From the NCBI RefSeq assembly GCF_000027125.1, contig NC_017626.1: DNA of 64,000 bases. One strand, written 5' to 3'. Position numbers and translations under genes: made by a program. The notes beneath the pieces are model-generated. The model ran no database searches, was not told the DNA's origin, and was given only the letters and a program-made list of their open reading frames with translations. How positions within the stretch are numbered: the first letter of the stretch is position 1; each line of letters begins with the position of its first letter. Below are positions 44,762-59,634 of the stretch, in pieces. The stretch is from Escherichia coli 042. Lineage in GTDB: Bacteria; Pseudomonadota; Gammaproteobacteria; Enterobacterales; Enterobacteriaceae.

Positions 44762-45660
44762 TTGCGCTCCTCGTCTTTCTCTTCGTGCAGATTATTCTCT
44801 TCCTCATCCGCACGGTTCGGACCGACACCCACGTAGTGGAAGATACTGGCTGCGAAGGTAGCCGCAAAGCCAACGGCTGCGAGCGGTTTCCAGATGCCTT
44901 TCCAGAATTTCACGGTTTCGCTGATTTCCGGGTTCTCCGGCAAGCCATGATACAGATTTGGCTTGTCAGCATGGTGCAGCACGTACATGACGTGTGTACC
45001 ACCAACGCCTGCCGGATCGTACAGACCCGCATTGTCGTAACCGCGGGTTTTCAGCTCAGCAACGCGCTCGCTCGCCAGCGTTTTCATCGACTCTTTCGTA
45101 CCGAAGTGAATCGCGCCCGTTGGGCAGGTCTTCACGCAGGCTGGTTCTTGCCCAACCACCACGCGGTCAACGCACAGCGTACATTTGTAGACGCGGTTGT
45201 CTTCCGGGTTGAGGCGCGGAATGTCGAACGGACAGCCCGCAATGCAATAACCGCAGCCAATGCACTGCTCGGACTGGAAGTCGACGATACCGTTGGCATA
45301 CTGAATAATTGCACCTTCCGCCGGGCACGCTTTCAGGCAGCCTGGATCGGAACAGTGCATACAGCCGTCTTTGCGGATCAGCCATTCCAGTTTGTCGTTC
45401 TGCTCCACTTCCGAGAAGCGCATTACCGTCCACGATTTGGCGCTTAAATCATTGGGGTTGTCGTACACCCCAATGTTATTGCCGACGGTATCGCGAATGT
45501 CGTTCCACTCTGAACACGCCACCTGACAGGCTTTACAGCCGATACAGGTGGTGACGTCGATGAGTTTCGCCACTTCTTCCTGGAAGTCCCGCGCCTGAGG
45601 CGCGGGGGTCAGACCGTTAGTCGCGGAACGACGAATGATATCTTGAGATTGATAAGCCAT
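44758..45660 (-). CDS. fdoH: Formate dehydrogenase-O iron-sulfur subunit
   Basis: 300-aa ORF with multiple CxxCxxCxxxCP ferredoxin motifs. Confidence 0.93.
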
Positions 45661-45672
45661 ATGTCGTCTCCG

Positions 45673-48600
45673 TTACACCTTTTCCACATTCACAAGGAAG
45701 GACTTAAACTCCGGCGTCTGCGTGTTCGCATCACCAACGAAAGGCGTTAACGTATTGGCAATAAAGCCTTTTTTAGCTACGCCTTCATAGCCCCAGTGAA
45801 TCGGAATACCGATGGTATCGATATCTTTGCCGTTCGCTTTCAGCGTGCGAATACGTTTGGTCACCACCGCTTTGGCTTTGATATAGCCACGGTTGGAGGA
45901 GACTTTCACGGTATCGCCCTGGGCAATGCCAAGTTTATTCGCCAGCGACTCCCCGATTTCCACAAACTGCTCTGGTTGCAAAATCGCGTTCAACAGCGCG
46001 TGTTTGGTCCAGTAGTGGAAGTGCTCGGTCAGACGATAGGTGGTTCCGACATACGGGAACTTATCGGCTTTACCCAACGCTTCGGCGTCGTCTTTAAAGA
46101 TACGCGCAGCCGGGTTCGAGATAACGTTTGGATGCAGCGGGTTAGTTCCCAGCGGCGTTTCAAACGGCTCGTAGTGTTCCGGGAACGGACCTTCCGCCAT
46201 CTTATCAAGGGCAAACAGACGTCCCATGCCTTCCTGCTGCATGATAAACGGCCCTACGCCGCTGCCCGGAGGCGCTGCGCTGTAGTCCGGAATATCCCAG
46301 CCGGTCCACTTAGTGCCGTCCCATTTCAGCAACTGACGCTTCGGATCCCACGGGTTACCCTGCGGATCTGCGGAGGCGCGGTTATACAGGATGCGGCGAT
46401 TAAGCGGCCATGCCCATGCCCAGCCCAGCGTGTTACCGAGGCCAGACGGATCGGCGTTATCACGGCGTGCCATCTGGTTACCTTCTGGCGTCCAGCTACC
46501 GGCGAAAATCCAGCAGCCACAGGAGGTGGTACCGTCATCGCGCAGTTGGGCGAACGAGCTAAGTTGTTGGCCTTTCTTGACGATAACCGCACCGGTTGCC
46601 GGATCGGTAATATCGGCCAGCGCCTTACCGTTGCTCTCCATCGCTACTTCTTCCGACTTCGGCTCATGCGGGATAGCGTAGTTCCAGGTCATGTTCAGCA
46701 CCTGGTCCGGGTTCGCGCCACCCTGTTCGGCATACATCTTGCGCAAGCGCAGGAAGATACCGGAGAGGATCTCGCCATCAGTCAGCGCAATCCCCGGGGC
46801 GTCCGCACCTTTCCAGTGCCACTGCAACCAGCGACCGGAGTTAACGATTGAACCGTTCTCTTCCGCGAAGCAGGTCGATGGCAGACGGAACACTTCGGTC
46901 TGGATCTTCGACGAGTCAACTTCGTTCAGCTCACCGTGGTTCTGCCAGAAGTTAGAGGTTTCAGTGTTCAGCGGGTCGATGGTGACGAGGAACTTCAGTT
47001 TCGACAGACAACCGATCACTTTGTTTTTGTTCGGGAATGAGGCAACAGGGTTAAAGCCCTGGCAGATATAGCCATTGACCTTGCCTTCTTTCATCATCTC
47101 GAAGTATTGCAGGACGTCGTAGCCTTTATCCCACTTCGGCAACCAGTCAAAGCCCCAGCTATTTTCCGCCGTCGCTTTATCACCAAAGAAGGCCTTCATC
47201 ATAGAGACGAAGAATTTCGGGTAGTTGCCCCAGTAGTTTACCTGGCCTTCCAGCAGCGGTTTTGGCGTGTTGGCGGTAAGGTAGGTTTGCAGATCGGTCT
47301 GCTTCTCGCTCGGCAGCGTCATGTAACCCGGCAGGCTCTGCGACAGCAGCCCCAGGTCCGTCAGCCCCTGAATATTGGAGTGACCGCGCAGGGCGTTAAC
47401 GCCGCCGCCTGCCATCCCCATATTGCCGAGCAGCAGCTGGATCATCGCCATCGTACGAATGTTTTGCGCACCAACAGAGTGTTGCGTCCAGCCGAGGGCA
47501 TACAGGAACGAGGCAGTTTTATCGTGAGCACTGGTTTCGGCGATGTATTCGCAGACTTTCAGGAACGCGTCTTTTGGCGTACCACAGATGTTTTCAACCA
47601 CATCTGGCGTGTAGCGGGAAACGTGCTGTTTCAGCAAGTTCCACACGCAGCGCGGATGTTGCAGCGTGGTATCGCGTTTGGCGAAGCCGTTTTCGTCCAG
47701 TTCGTAAGTCCAGGAGGATTTATCGTACTTGCGTTTTTCCGCGTCATAGCCGGTGAACAGGCCATCTTCAAAGCCGTAATCCTCACGCACGATCAGGCTG
47801 GCGTTGGTATAGGCTTCGGTGTATTCGCGGTTGAATTTTTCATTGTTCAGCAGGTACAGCAATACGCCTGACAGGAAAGCAATGTCAGTACCGGAACGAA
47901 TAGGGGCATAGTAGTCAGCCACCGCCGCCGTACGCGTAAAGCGAGGATCGATCACAATCAGCTTCGCGCCATTGTGAATTTTGGCTTCCATCGCCCAGCG
48001 GAATCCGACCGGGTGAGCTTCAGCGGCGTTACCGCCCATCACCACGACGAGGTTGGCGTTCTTGATGTCGACCCAGTGGTTGGTCATCGCACCGCGACCA
48101 AATGTTGGAGCAAGACTTGCTACCGTTGGTCCGTGTCAGACACGCGCCTGGTTGTCGACCGCGAGCATACCCAGCGCGCGGGAGAATTTTTGCGTTAAAT
48201 AGCCGGTTTCGTTACTCGACGCGGAAGCACACAGCATCCCGGTGGAGAGCCAGCGGTTAACGGTCACGCCTTCGGCGTTTTGCGCAATGTAGTTAGCATC
48301 GCGGTCTTCTTTCATCAGTTTGGCGATGCGATCAAACGCCTCTTCCCAACTGATTTGCTGCCATTTATCAGAACCTGGCGCACGGTATTCCGGAAACTTC
48401 AGACGGCTTTCGGAGTGGATGAAATCCACCAGGCCAGCGCCTTTCGGACAAAGTGCACCGCGGTTGACCGGGTGATCCGGATCGCCTTCGATATGGAAGA
48501 TAGATGCTTTGGCGTTTTTTGCTCCGTCACCGAGGCTGTACATCAACAGCCCACAGCCTACGGAACAATAGGTGCAGGTATTACGGGTTTCGCGGGTGCG

Positions 48601-48723
48601 CAGCAGTTTATACTGCCGGGTTTCCGCGAGCGCTACGCTGGGGGCAAAACCCAGTGCCGCTGCCGTGGTGCCTGCCATACCGCCAGCGCAGATCTTAAAG
48701 AACTGCCTTCTGCTGACCTGCAT
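45673..48723 (-). CDS. fdoG: Formate dehydrogenase-O catalytic subunit (selenoprotein; in-frame UGA = Sec)
   Basis: Two same-frame ORFs (45673-48087 and 48136-48723) separated only by an in-frame TGA at 48136-48138; Tat signal MQVSRRQFFK; molybdopterin oxidoreductase motifs. Confidence 0.93.
48085..48135 (-). promoter_or_regulatory. SECIS-like stem-loop immediately 3' of the fdoG UGA
   Basis: Self-complementary mRNA segment CACGGACCAACGGUAGCAAGUCUUGCUCCAACAUUUGGUCGCGGUG directly after the UGA. Confidence 0.6.
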
Positions 48724-48916
48724 GGATTGCTCCTTGTTTCGACATTGTCACGTCCCATTTACATTCGCTTGCTGCGTGTGCAGGGAGTGGGAGTTATTTT
48801 TCTTTGCGGAAGGGGCCGCAAAGGTCCAGAATTGGCTCAATTTCCCTCCATCCAGGAAGGGTTTGTAACAGAATACCATAATGTTGGTGTGTGTGTTCTT
48901 ATCTGGTTAAGAGAAA

Positions 48917-49750
48917 GTGAAAAAAACACAGCAAAAAGAAATCGAAAATGTGACAAATGTCACAGGTGTTCGTCAAGTTGAGTTATGGCGGCGTGATGAT
49001 TTACAACACCCACGGTTAGATGAGGTGGCGGAAGAGGTTCCCGTTGCGCTGGTCTACAACGGCATTTCGCATGTAGTGATGATGGCGTCACCCAAAGACC
49101 TTGAGTACTTTGCGCTCGGTTTTTCGCTTTCCGAGGGGATTATCGAAAGTCCACGCGATATCTTCGGTATGGATGTCGTTCCTTCCTGTAATGGTCTGGA
49201 AGTGCAAATTGAGCTTTCCAGCCGCCGCTTTATGGGGTTGAAGGAGCGTCGCCGGGCACTGGCGGGACGTACGGGATGTGGCGTGTGCGGCGTGGAGCAA
49301 CTTAATGACATCGGAAAACCGGTGCAGCCGCTACCGTTCACCCAGACGTTTGATCTCAACAAACTGGATGATGCATTACGTCATCTCAATGATTTCCAGC
49401 CAGTGGGGCAACTGACCGGTTGTACTCACGCCGCCGCCTGGATGTTGCCATCTGGCGAACTGGTCGGCGGGCATGAAGACGTGGGTCGCCATGTGGCGCT
49501 GGACAAACTGTTAGGCCGCCGGTCACAAGAAGGGGAAAGCTGGCAGCAAGGTGCGGTACTGGTTTCCAGTCGTGCCAGTTATGAAATGGTGCAAAAGTCG
49601 GCGATGTGCGGCGTAGAGATTTTGTTTGCGGTGTCTGCCGCGACCACGCTTGCTGTAGAAGTGGCTGAACGCTGTAATTTGACGCTGGTGGGCTTTTGTA
49701 AACCGGGTCGGGCAACGGTTTATACCCATCCGCAGCGTTTGAGCAATTAA
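48917..49750 (+). CDS. fdhD: Formate dehydrogenase accessory sulfurtransferase FdhD
   Basis: 277-aa [25 protein letters not shown]... Confidence 0.93.
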   Translation: MKKTQQKEIENVTNVTGVRQVELWRRDDLQHPRLDEVAEEVPVALVYNGISHVVMMASPKDLEYFALGFSLSEGIIESPRDIFGMDVVPSCNGLEVQIELSSRRFMGLKERRRALAGRTGCGVCGVEQLNDIGKPVQPLPFTQTFDLNKLDDALRHLNDFQPVGQLTGCTHAAAWMLPSGELVGGHEDVGRHVALDKLLGRRSQEGESWQQGAVLVSSRASYEMVQKSAMCGVEILFAVSAATTLAVEVAERCNLTLVGFCKPGRATVYTHPQRLSN

Positions 49751-49754
49751 TTAA

Positions 49755-49793
49755 AATAAGTCCTGCGATATATATTAAATTGCAGGACTTATT
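49755..49793 (+). terminator. fdhD intrinsic terminator
   Basis: Hairpin AAGTCCTGCGATATATATTAAATTGCAGGACTT followed by T-rich run. Confidence 0.7.
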
Positions 49794-49799
49794 CATTTC

Positions 49800-50461
49800 G
49801 TGAATTTTATTATTTTATTTATAAACAAAACGCGTGTAGTGGCGTTAACGCCTGCGCTGCAACCTATTGATGGCGTGGCGGTGAGTTATATTGATGCTGC
49901 CGTGGCGTTGGGTAATACCATTAACGAAATGGATAAATATTACACCCAGGAAAATTATAAAGACGATGCGTTTGCGAAAGGGAAAACGCTGCACCAGACA
50001 TTCTTAAAAATCTTGAAGCCTTTGAACCTGTAGCAGAATCTTATCATGCGGCGATTCAGGAAATTAACGATAAGCGCCAGCTTGCGGAATTGAAAAATAT
50101 TGAAGAAAGAGAAGGGGAAACATTCCACTACTACTCTCTGGCAGTCATGATTTCAGCGAAACAAATTAATAACCTGATATCGCAAAATAAGTTTGATACA
50201 GAAGCGGCAATGAAGAAAGTGTCTGAACTGGAAACGCTGGTGGCGCAAGCCAAAGAAGCGGATAAAAGCGGCATGAATTTCTCGTTTATTAATTCGGCAG
50301 GCCAGTATCAACTCGAGGCTAAAAAATACGTTCGCCGCATCAGAGATAAAGTCCTGTACTCTGACTGGGATAAAGAGCAACTTCAGGACGCAAACTCAAT
50401 CTGGATGGCCGAAGACTCATTTCCCGAGAGCATTATGCGAGTACAACGAAATGGTCGATGA
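49800..50461 (+). pseudogene. Frameshifted, probably 5'-truncated gene remnant in the position where I expect yiiG
   Basis: Two overlapping open frames (49800-50033; ~49963-50461) consistent with one ancestral ORF split by a frameshift near 49960-50035; no plausible N-terminus or RBS. Confidence 0.4.
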
Positions 50462-50881
50462 AATATTTCAGTCAATTGTAATCGCGGGGCGGGTTTGTGA
50501 TGAGCGCGGATATGTCACGAAGTCGTGACAATATAAAGCAGAGTGAAGGATAAATTTTGTGAATAAAGTATCATTATTTAATGATTTTGTGAATGTTTAA
50601 ATGTCTCAGATAATTTGTTTAAGCGTTATTTATATTTGTGGCTTATGAGTCAGCGTGAATCATATCTAATATTTTTTACGATATTTAGTTAAAAACGGCA
50701 CTATTGTTATATTCCTCACGTTCCAGGAAATCAGCGGATTTACTCATATTATATGGCGGGATACTATCCATCGGCCTGCTGAAGTTGGATTAAAAATTCG
50801 AAAGTGCACACCTTATATTTCTCTATATACGTATTCCTTTTGGAAAGCGTAGGGTCTCTTTTATTTCAGGGAACGTAAATA

Positions 50882-52276
50882 ATGAAAAAATCGACATTAT
50901 CTTTAGCCATCGGTTTATTATTGGCATGTAGTACCGGATTGGCAAAAACACAGCATTTAACGCTGGAACAACGCATGGCATTGCTGGAAGAACGCCTGGA
51001 AGCGGCAGAAATGCGGGCAGCAAAAGCAGAGAGCCAGGTTAAACAGCTGCAGACACAACAAGCCGCTGAGATCCGCGAAATTAAGGCTGCCCAGGGCAAT
51101 ACGCCGGTAAATGGACAGGCAACGGCGGAATCTGCAAAGAAAAATTCCACCTCACCTAATCTTTTGCTCTCAGGTTATGGCGATTTAAAAATCTACGGCG
51201 ACGTAGAATTTAATATGGATGCGGAAAGTAATCATGGCCTGCTGGCAATGACCAACGCTGATGTGAATAGCGATCCCACTAATGAACAGTGGAATCTCAA
51301 TGGTCGTATTCTGTTAGGTTTTGATGGTATGCGAAAACTGGATAATGGTTATTTCGCCGGGTTCTCCGCACAACCGCTGGGGGACATGCACGGTTCAGTA
51401 AATATCGATGATGCGGTATTCTTCTTTGGCAAAGAAAACGACTGGAAGGTCAAAGTAGGCCGTTTTGAAGCCTACGATATGTTCCCGCTGAATCAGGATA
51501 CCTTTGTTGAACATTCCGGTAATACTGCGAACGATCTTTATGACGATGGCAGCGGTTATATCTATATGATGAAAGAGGGCCGCGGGCGCTCTAACGCTGG
51601 CGGTAATTTCCTCGTCAGCAAACAACTTGATAACTGGTATTTTGAATTAAACACGTTACTTGAAGACGGAACATCTTTATATAATGACGGTAATTATCAT
51701 GGACGCGATATGGAGCAGCAGAAAAATGTTGCTTATCTGCGTCCAGTAATTGCCTGGTCGCCGACGGAAGAATTCACCGTTTCCGCAGCGATGGAAGCGA
51801 ACGTAGTAAATAATGCTTATGGTTATACCGATAGCAAGGGTAATTTTGTCGATCAGTCCGATCGTACCGGCTATGGTATGAGCATGACCTGGAATGGCCT
51901 GAAAACGGATCCGGAAAATGGCGTCGTGGTTAATCTTAATACCGCCTATTTAGATGCTAATAATGAGAAAGATTTCACTGCCGGGATTAACGCGCTGTGG
52001 AAACGTTTCGAGCTGGGTTATATCTACGCGCACAATAAGATTGATGAATTCAGCGGTGTAGTTTGTGATAACGACTGCTGGATTGATGATGAAGGGACGT
52101 ACACCATTCACACCATTCATGCGTCTTATCAGTTCGCTAATGTGATGGATATGGAGAACTTTAATATTTACCTCGGGACGTATTACTCCATTCTGGATAG
52201 CGACGGTGATAAAAAACACGGTGATGATACTGATGACCGTTACGGGGCACGCGTTCGCTTTAAATACTTCTTCTGA
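50882..52276 (+). CDS. Outer-membrane beta-barrel, carbohydrate-selective porin-like (OprB/ScrY-type) with N-terminal coiled coil
   Basis: 464-aa ORF; signal peptide MKKSTLSLAIGLLLACSTGLA; heptad-like LEQRMALLEERLEAAEMRAAKAESQVKQLQ; C-terminal ...VRFKYFF. Confidence 0.65.
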   Translation: MKKSTLSLAIGLLLACSTGLAKTQHLTLEQRMALLEERLEAAEMRAAKAESQVKQLQTQQAAEIREIKAAQGNTPVNGQATAESAKKNSTSPNLLLSGYGDLKIYGDVEFNMDAESNHGLLAMTNADVNSDPTNEQWNLNGRILLGFDGMRKLDNGYFAGFSAQPLGDMHGSVNIDDAVFFFGKENDWKVKVGRFEAYDMFPLNQDTFVEHSGNTANDLYDDGSGYIYMMKEGRGRSNAGGNFLVSKQLDNWYFELNTLLEDGTSLYNDGNYHGRDMEQQKNVAYLRPVIAWSPTEEFTVSAAMEANVVNNAYGYTDSKGNFVDQSDRTGYGMSMTWNGLKTDPENGVVVNLNTAYLDANNEKDFTAGINALWKRFELGYIYAHNKIDEFSGVVCDNDCWIDDEGTYTIHTIHASYQFANVMDMENFNIYLGTYYSILDSDGDKKHGDDTDDRYGARVRFKYFF

Positions 52277-52316
52277 TGAAGGCGCGGTGCTGGATATTTT
52301 CCGGCACCGCAACTCA

Positions 52317-52631
52317 TTAAGGCAGGTAAAACACTTCTTGCAGCTCGCTACTGACTGGGCTGTTATCCGGGTTAGCTGGCATAACGTCGGTCATATATTT
52401 CCACCAACGTTGGCAAACATCAGTACTGGCTACCGCATTCCACCGTTCTTCAGATTCAATCTCTACCGTGGCAAACAGCAGATTACGCGCTTTGTCGAGG
52501 TAAATGGCGTAGTTATGCGCACCGTGAGATTTCAACACTGCTTCCAGTTCCGGCCAGATTGGATTATGCCGACGCTGATACTCTTCGTGGGCGTCGGGGT
52601 TAACCTGCATGACAAAGGCTTTGCGGATCAT
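52317..52631 (-). CDS. rhaM: L-rhamnose mutarotase
   Basis: 104-aa [25 protein letters not shown]... Confidence 0.92.
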
Positions 52632-52640
52632 GTTTGCTCC

Positions 52641-53465
52641 TTACAGCGCCAGCGCACTGGCGAGTGGTGTAACGCCGAAACGCTGGCCGAGCGCTATCAG
52701 CTCTTCACGGCTGATGGTCTGTTTCATGCCGCCCATCGAATAAACCTTCACTAATACTTGTGCTGATTTTTCTGCGGTGTCGATTAAACCGAATGTTTCA
52801 TCCAGTGTCGGACCGCTGCCGAAGACGCCGTGGAAGGGCCACAACACCAGCGAATGTTTTTGCATTTCCTGTGCGGTCGCCTGGCCGATTTCGTCGGTGC
52901 CGGGCACCATCCACGGCAGAATGCCAACGCCATCCGGGAACACTACCAGACACTCAGTGCTGCCTTCCCACAGTTGGCGAGTGAAGACCGCGGTGTCGTT
53001 TTCCAGTACGTAGGTAAGGGCGATCAGGTTGGTGGCATGGCAGTGCATGATCACCCGATCTTTACCGTTGGTGGCTTTAATGCGTTCGCAATGAGAGAGG
53101 AAGTGCGCCGGAAGTTCAGAGGTTGGAACGGCTTCGTGAGTTAGCCCCCAGAGAATATGGTAGCCCGCGCCGTCGCTGTCGACTTTTACGACGCCTAAGT
53201 TAGCCGCAGGATCAAGCTGGACGTTGCGGAAGAATTTGCCGGAGCCGGTGACAATAAACGGTGTATTTGCCAGTAAAGGCATGGGCTGGCTGAGCGGGAT
53301 ATAGCGCGGTTGTTGGTGGAAGTTGTCGTGATACGGTGCGATATCGGCGTCATCCAGGCGCAGTGTCAGGTTACCACCATTGCGCTCGTCCCAGCCTTTC
53401 AGCCAGGCGTCGGTGGTGGCTTTGATCATTCCCTGGACAAACCAGGACTGGGTAATGTTTTGCAT
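52641..53465 (-). CDS. rhaD: Rhamnulose-1-phosphate aldolase
   Basis: 274-aa product from [20 protein letters not shown]-track start at 53555 runs into the upstream REP and is judged too long. Confidence 0.92.
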   Translation of the reverse strand: MQNITQSWFVQGMIKATTDAWLKGWDERNGGNLTLRLDDADIAPYHDNFHQQPRYIPLSQPMPLLANTPFIVTGSGKFFRNVQLDPAANLGVVKVDSDGAGYHILWGLTHEAVPTSELPAHFLSHCERIKATNGKDRVIMHCHATNLIALTYVLENDTAVFTRQLWEGSTECLVVFPDGVGILPWMVPGTDEIGQATAQEMQKHSLVLWPFHGVFGSGPTLDETFGLIDTAEKSAQVLVKVYSMGGMKQTISREELIALGQRFGVTPLASALAL

Positions 53466-53494
53466 GTTCTGTGTTCCTGTAAATTCGGTGTTGT

Positions 53495-53545
53495 CGGATG
53501 CACGACCCGTAGGCCGGATAAGGCGCTCGCGCCGCATCCGGCAGT
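53495..53545. repeat. REP palindromic element between rhaA and rhaD
   Basis: GTAGGCCGGATAAGGCGCTCGCGCCGCATCCGGC. Confidence 0.7.
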
Positions 53546-53547
53546 GT

Positions 53548-56560
<3,013 letters not shown>

Positions 56561-57397
56561 ATGACCGTATTACATAGTGTGGATTTTTTTCCGTCTGGTA
56601 ACGCGTCCGTGGCGATAGAACCCCGGCTCCCGCAGGCGGATTTTCCTGAACATCATCATGATTTTCATGAAATTGTGATTGTCGAACATGGCACGGGTAT
56701 TCATGTGTTTAATGGACAGCCCTATACCATCACCGGTGGGACGGTCTGTTTCGTACGCGATCATGATCGGCATCTGTATGAACATACCGATAATCTGTGT
56801 CTGACCAATGTGCTGTATCGCTCGCCGGATCGATTTCAGTTTCTCGCCGGGCTGAATCAGTTGCTGCCACAAGAGCAGGACGGACAGTATCCTTCCCACT
56901 GGCGCGTTAACCACAGCGTGTTGCAGCAGGTGCGACAGCTGGTTGCACAGATGGAACAGCAGGAAGGGGAAAATGATTTACCCTCGACCGCCAGTCGCGA
57001 GATCTTGTTTATGCAATTACTGCTCTTGCTGCGTAAAAGCAGTTTGCAGGAGAACCTGGAAAACAGCGCATCACGTCTCAACTTGCTTCTGGCCTGGCTG
57101 GAGGACCATTTTGCCGATGAGGTAAATTGGGATGCCGTGGCGGATCAATTTTCTCTTTCGCTGCGTACGCTACATCGGCAGCTTAAGCAGAAAACGGGAC
57201 TGACGCCTCAGCGTTACCTGAACCGCCTGCGACTGATGAAAGCCCGACATCTGCTACGCCACAGCGAGGCCAGCGTTACTGACATCGCCTATCGCTGCGG
57301 ATTCAGCGACAGTAACCACTTTTCGACGCTTTTTCGCCGAGAGTTTAACTGGTCACCGCGTGATATTCGTCAGGGACGGGATGGTTTTCTGCAATAA
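56561..57397 (+). CDS. rhaS: AraC-family activator RhaS
   Basis: 278-aa ORF; C-terminal AraC HTH. Confidence 0.93.
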   Translation: MTVLHSVDFFPSGNASVAIEPRLPQADFPEHHHDFHEIVIVEHGTGIHVFNGQPYTITGGTVCFVRDHDRHLYEHTDNLCLTNVLYRSPDRFQFLAGLNQLLPQEQDGQYPSHWRVNHSVLQQVRQLVAQMEQQEGENDLPSTASREILFMQLLLLLRKSSLQENLENSASRLNLLLAWLEDHFADEVNWDAVADQFSLSLRTLHRQLKQKTGLTPQRYLNRLRLMKARHLLRHSEASVTDIAYRCGFSDSNHFSTLFRREFNWSPRDIRQGRDGFLQ

Positions 57398-57470
57398 CGC
57401 GAATCTTCTCAACGTATTTGTACGCCATATTGCGAATAATCAACTTCGTTCTCTGGCCGAGGTAGCCACG

Positions 57471-58319
57471 GTGGCGCATCAGTTAAAACTTCTCAAAGAT
57501 GATTTTTTTGCCAGCGACCAGCAGGCAGTCGCTGTGGCTGACCGTTATCCGCAAGATGTCTTTGCTGAACATACACATGATTTTTGTGAGCTGGTAATTG
57601 TCTGGCGCGGTAATGGTCTGCATGTACTTAACGATCGCCCTTATCGCATTACCCGTGGCGATCTCTTTTACATTCATGCTGACGATAAACACTCCTACGC
57701 TTCCGTTAACGATCTGGTTTTGCAGAATATTATTTATTGCCCGGAGCGGCTGAAGCTGAATCTTGACTGGCAGGGGGCGATTCCGGGATTTAGTGCCAGC
57801 GCAGGGCAACCACACTGGCGCTTAGGTAGCGTGGGGATGGCGCAGGCGCGGCAGGTTATCGGTCAACTTGAGCATGAAAGTAGTCAGCATGTGCCGTTTG
57901 CTAACGAAATGGCAGAGTTGCTGTTCGGGCAGTTGGTGATGTTGCTGAATCGCCATCGTTACACCAGCGATTCGTTGCCGCCAACATCCAGCGAAACGTT
58001 GCTGGATAAGCTGATTACCCGGCTGGCGGCCAGCCTGAAAAGTCCCTTTGCGCTGGATAACTTTTGTGATGAGGCATCGTGCAGTGAGCGCGTTTTGCGT
58101 CAGCAATTTCGCCAGCAGACTGGCATGACCATCAATCAATATCTGCGGCAGGTCAGAGTGTGTCATGCGCAATATCTTCTCCAGCATAGCCGCCTGTTAA
58201 TCAGTGATATTTCAACCGAATGTGGCTTTGAAGATAGTAACTATTTTTCGGTGGTGTTTACCCGGGAAACCGGGATGACGCCCAGCCAGTGGCGTCATCT
58301 CAATTCGCAGAAAGATTAA
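57471..58319 (+). CDS. rhaR: AraC-family activator RhaR
   Basis: 282-aa product from GTG at 57471 ([11 protein letters not shown]); a longer in-frame ORF from 57360/57381 overlaps rhaS. Confidence 0.85.
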   Translation: MAHQLKLLKDDFFASDQQAVAVADRYPQDVFAEHTHDFCELVIVWRGNGLHVLNDRPYRITRGDLFYIHADDKHSYASVNDLVLQNIIYCPERLKLNLDWQGAIPGFSASAGQPHWRLGSVGMAQARQVIGQLEHESSQHVPFANEMAELLFGQLVMLLNRHRYTSDSLPPTSSETLLDKLITRLAASLKSPFALDNFCDEASCSERVLRQQFRQQTGMTINQYLRQVRVCHAQYLLQHSRLLISDISTECGFEDSNYFSVVFTRETGMTPSQWRHLNSQKD

Positions 58320-59350
58320 TTCGCCATGCCCATGCCGACGATGTTGGCGGCAACAATAATCACCACACAACCGAGGCTCAACACCGTTACCGGACGGCGA
58401 CCTGCATTGTTCCACTCTTTCAGCACCAGCCCGACGATACCGCCGCACAATACATAGAAGCTCATATGCAGCATCCAGCTGATGTAGTCATACTGCGCCG
58501 GAATACGCGCGTGGCCCCAAGCATAGAAAAAGAATTGCAGATACCACATCAACCCGCCCAGTGCTGAGAGTAACACATTGTGAATGATCAGCGGTTTTGC
58601 CAGCGAGAAGTCGGCTTTTAGCGACAAATCCTTCACTTTTGCCAGACGAATGAAGCAGAAACCGAGGTTGATGATCGCGCCGCCGCCCATGATGACAACA
58701 TAGCTTGGCAGAGCGACATACAGTGGATCGACGCCCAGTGCGGCAGCGGCTTCATGCATCGGTTTTGCGGCGTTCATCGCAAAGGACATCCCGGCAGAGA
58801 AAATGCCGCACATCACCGCCAGCACCAGCCCTTTTTTCAGGTTGAACTCTTCGGCTTTAATGCCCATCTTGCGCTCTTTCAACTGCCCGGCGCGAGTTAC
58901 AATCCCTACGCCAATCAGCGCCACCAGAACGCCGAGCAACGTCATGCGTCCGCCTTCGGTATTAATCAGAACATCGAAATTGCCGTTGATAATTGGCGTC
59001 ATCAGCGTACCGACAATCAACGTAATGCCAATGGCGATGCCAATTCCCATCGACATGCCGAGATAACGCATGGTCAGGCCGTAGTTGATATTACCGATCC
59101 CCCACATTGCGCCGAACAGAAAAACAGGCAGCAGCGTAGAGAGACTAAACGAGCTGTAATACGCCCAGAAATTCGGCAGTAACAGGGCGCTGATGGCCCA
59201 CGGCAGAATAATCCACGAAACAATCCCACCAACTGACCACATGGTTTCCCATGACCATTTTTTTACTTTTTTGAACGGAGCGTAAAAACAGGCTGCACTG
59301 GCCGCGCCGATCAAATGCCAAAATATCCCCATCGTAATCGCGTTACTCAT
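58316..59350 (-). CDS. rhaT: L-rhamnose:H+ symporter
   Basis: 344-aa ORF, 10 TM helices. Confidence 0.93.
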   Translation of the reverse strand: MSNAITMGIFWHLIGAASAACFYAPFKKVKKWSWETMWSVGGIVSWIILPWAISALLLPNFWAYYSSFSLSTLLPVFLFGAMWGIGNINYGLTMRYLGMSMGIGIAIGITLIVGTLMTPIINGNFDVLINTEGGRMTLLGVLVALIGVGIVTRAGQLKERKMGIKAEEFNLKKGLVLAVMCGIFSAGMSFAMNAAKPMHEAAAALGVDPLYVALPSYVVIMGGGAIINLGFCFIRLAKVKDLSLKADFSLAKPLIIHNVLLSALGGLMWYLQFFFYAWGHARIPAQYDYISWMLHMSFYVLCGGIVGLVLKEWNNAGRRPVTVLSLGCVVIIVAANIVGMGMAN

Positions 59351-59540
59351 CTTCTTATCCTCATCATTTTTCGTCGCGTCACATCTCCGACGAGATGAGT
59401 GTAAAAATCGTGCTGTCGATTAACCTTTCGCCTGTTGCCGCCGTTGTCGATTTACTGGCAATCACGGCATTAAGTGGGTGATTTGCTTCACATCTCGGGC
59501 ATTTTCCTGCAAAACCATACCCTTACGAAAAGTACGGCAT

Positions 59541-59578
59541 TGATAATCATTTTCAATATCATTTAATTAACTATAATG
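59541..59578 (+). promoter_or_regulatory. sodA promoter with Fur box
   Basis: TGATAATCATTTTCAATATCATT (Fur-box-like) overlapping -10 TATAAT at 59573-59578. Confidence 0.65.
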
Positions 59579-59634
59579 AACCAACTGCTTACGCGGCATT
59601 AACAATCGGCCGCCCGACAATACTGGAGATGAAT

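Noticed and set aside
45796-47871. Long plus-strand ORFs (351 aa, 254 aa) antisense to fdoG
   Set aside because: Arg-rich antisense translations inside a well-supported selenoprotein gene; no RBS.
57360-57470. Extended N-terminus of rhaR (ORF-track start at 57360 overlapping rhaS)
   Set aside because: The longer frame overlaps the rhaS 3' end; the GTG at 57471 gives a product matching the shorter RhaR form I recall. The longer form cannot be excluded from sequence alone.
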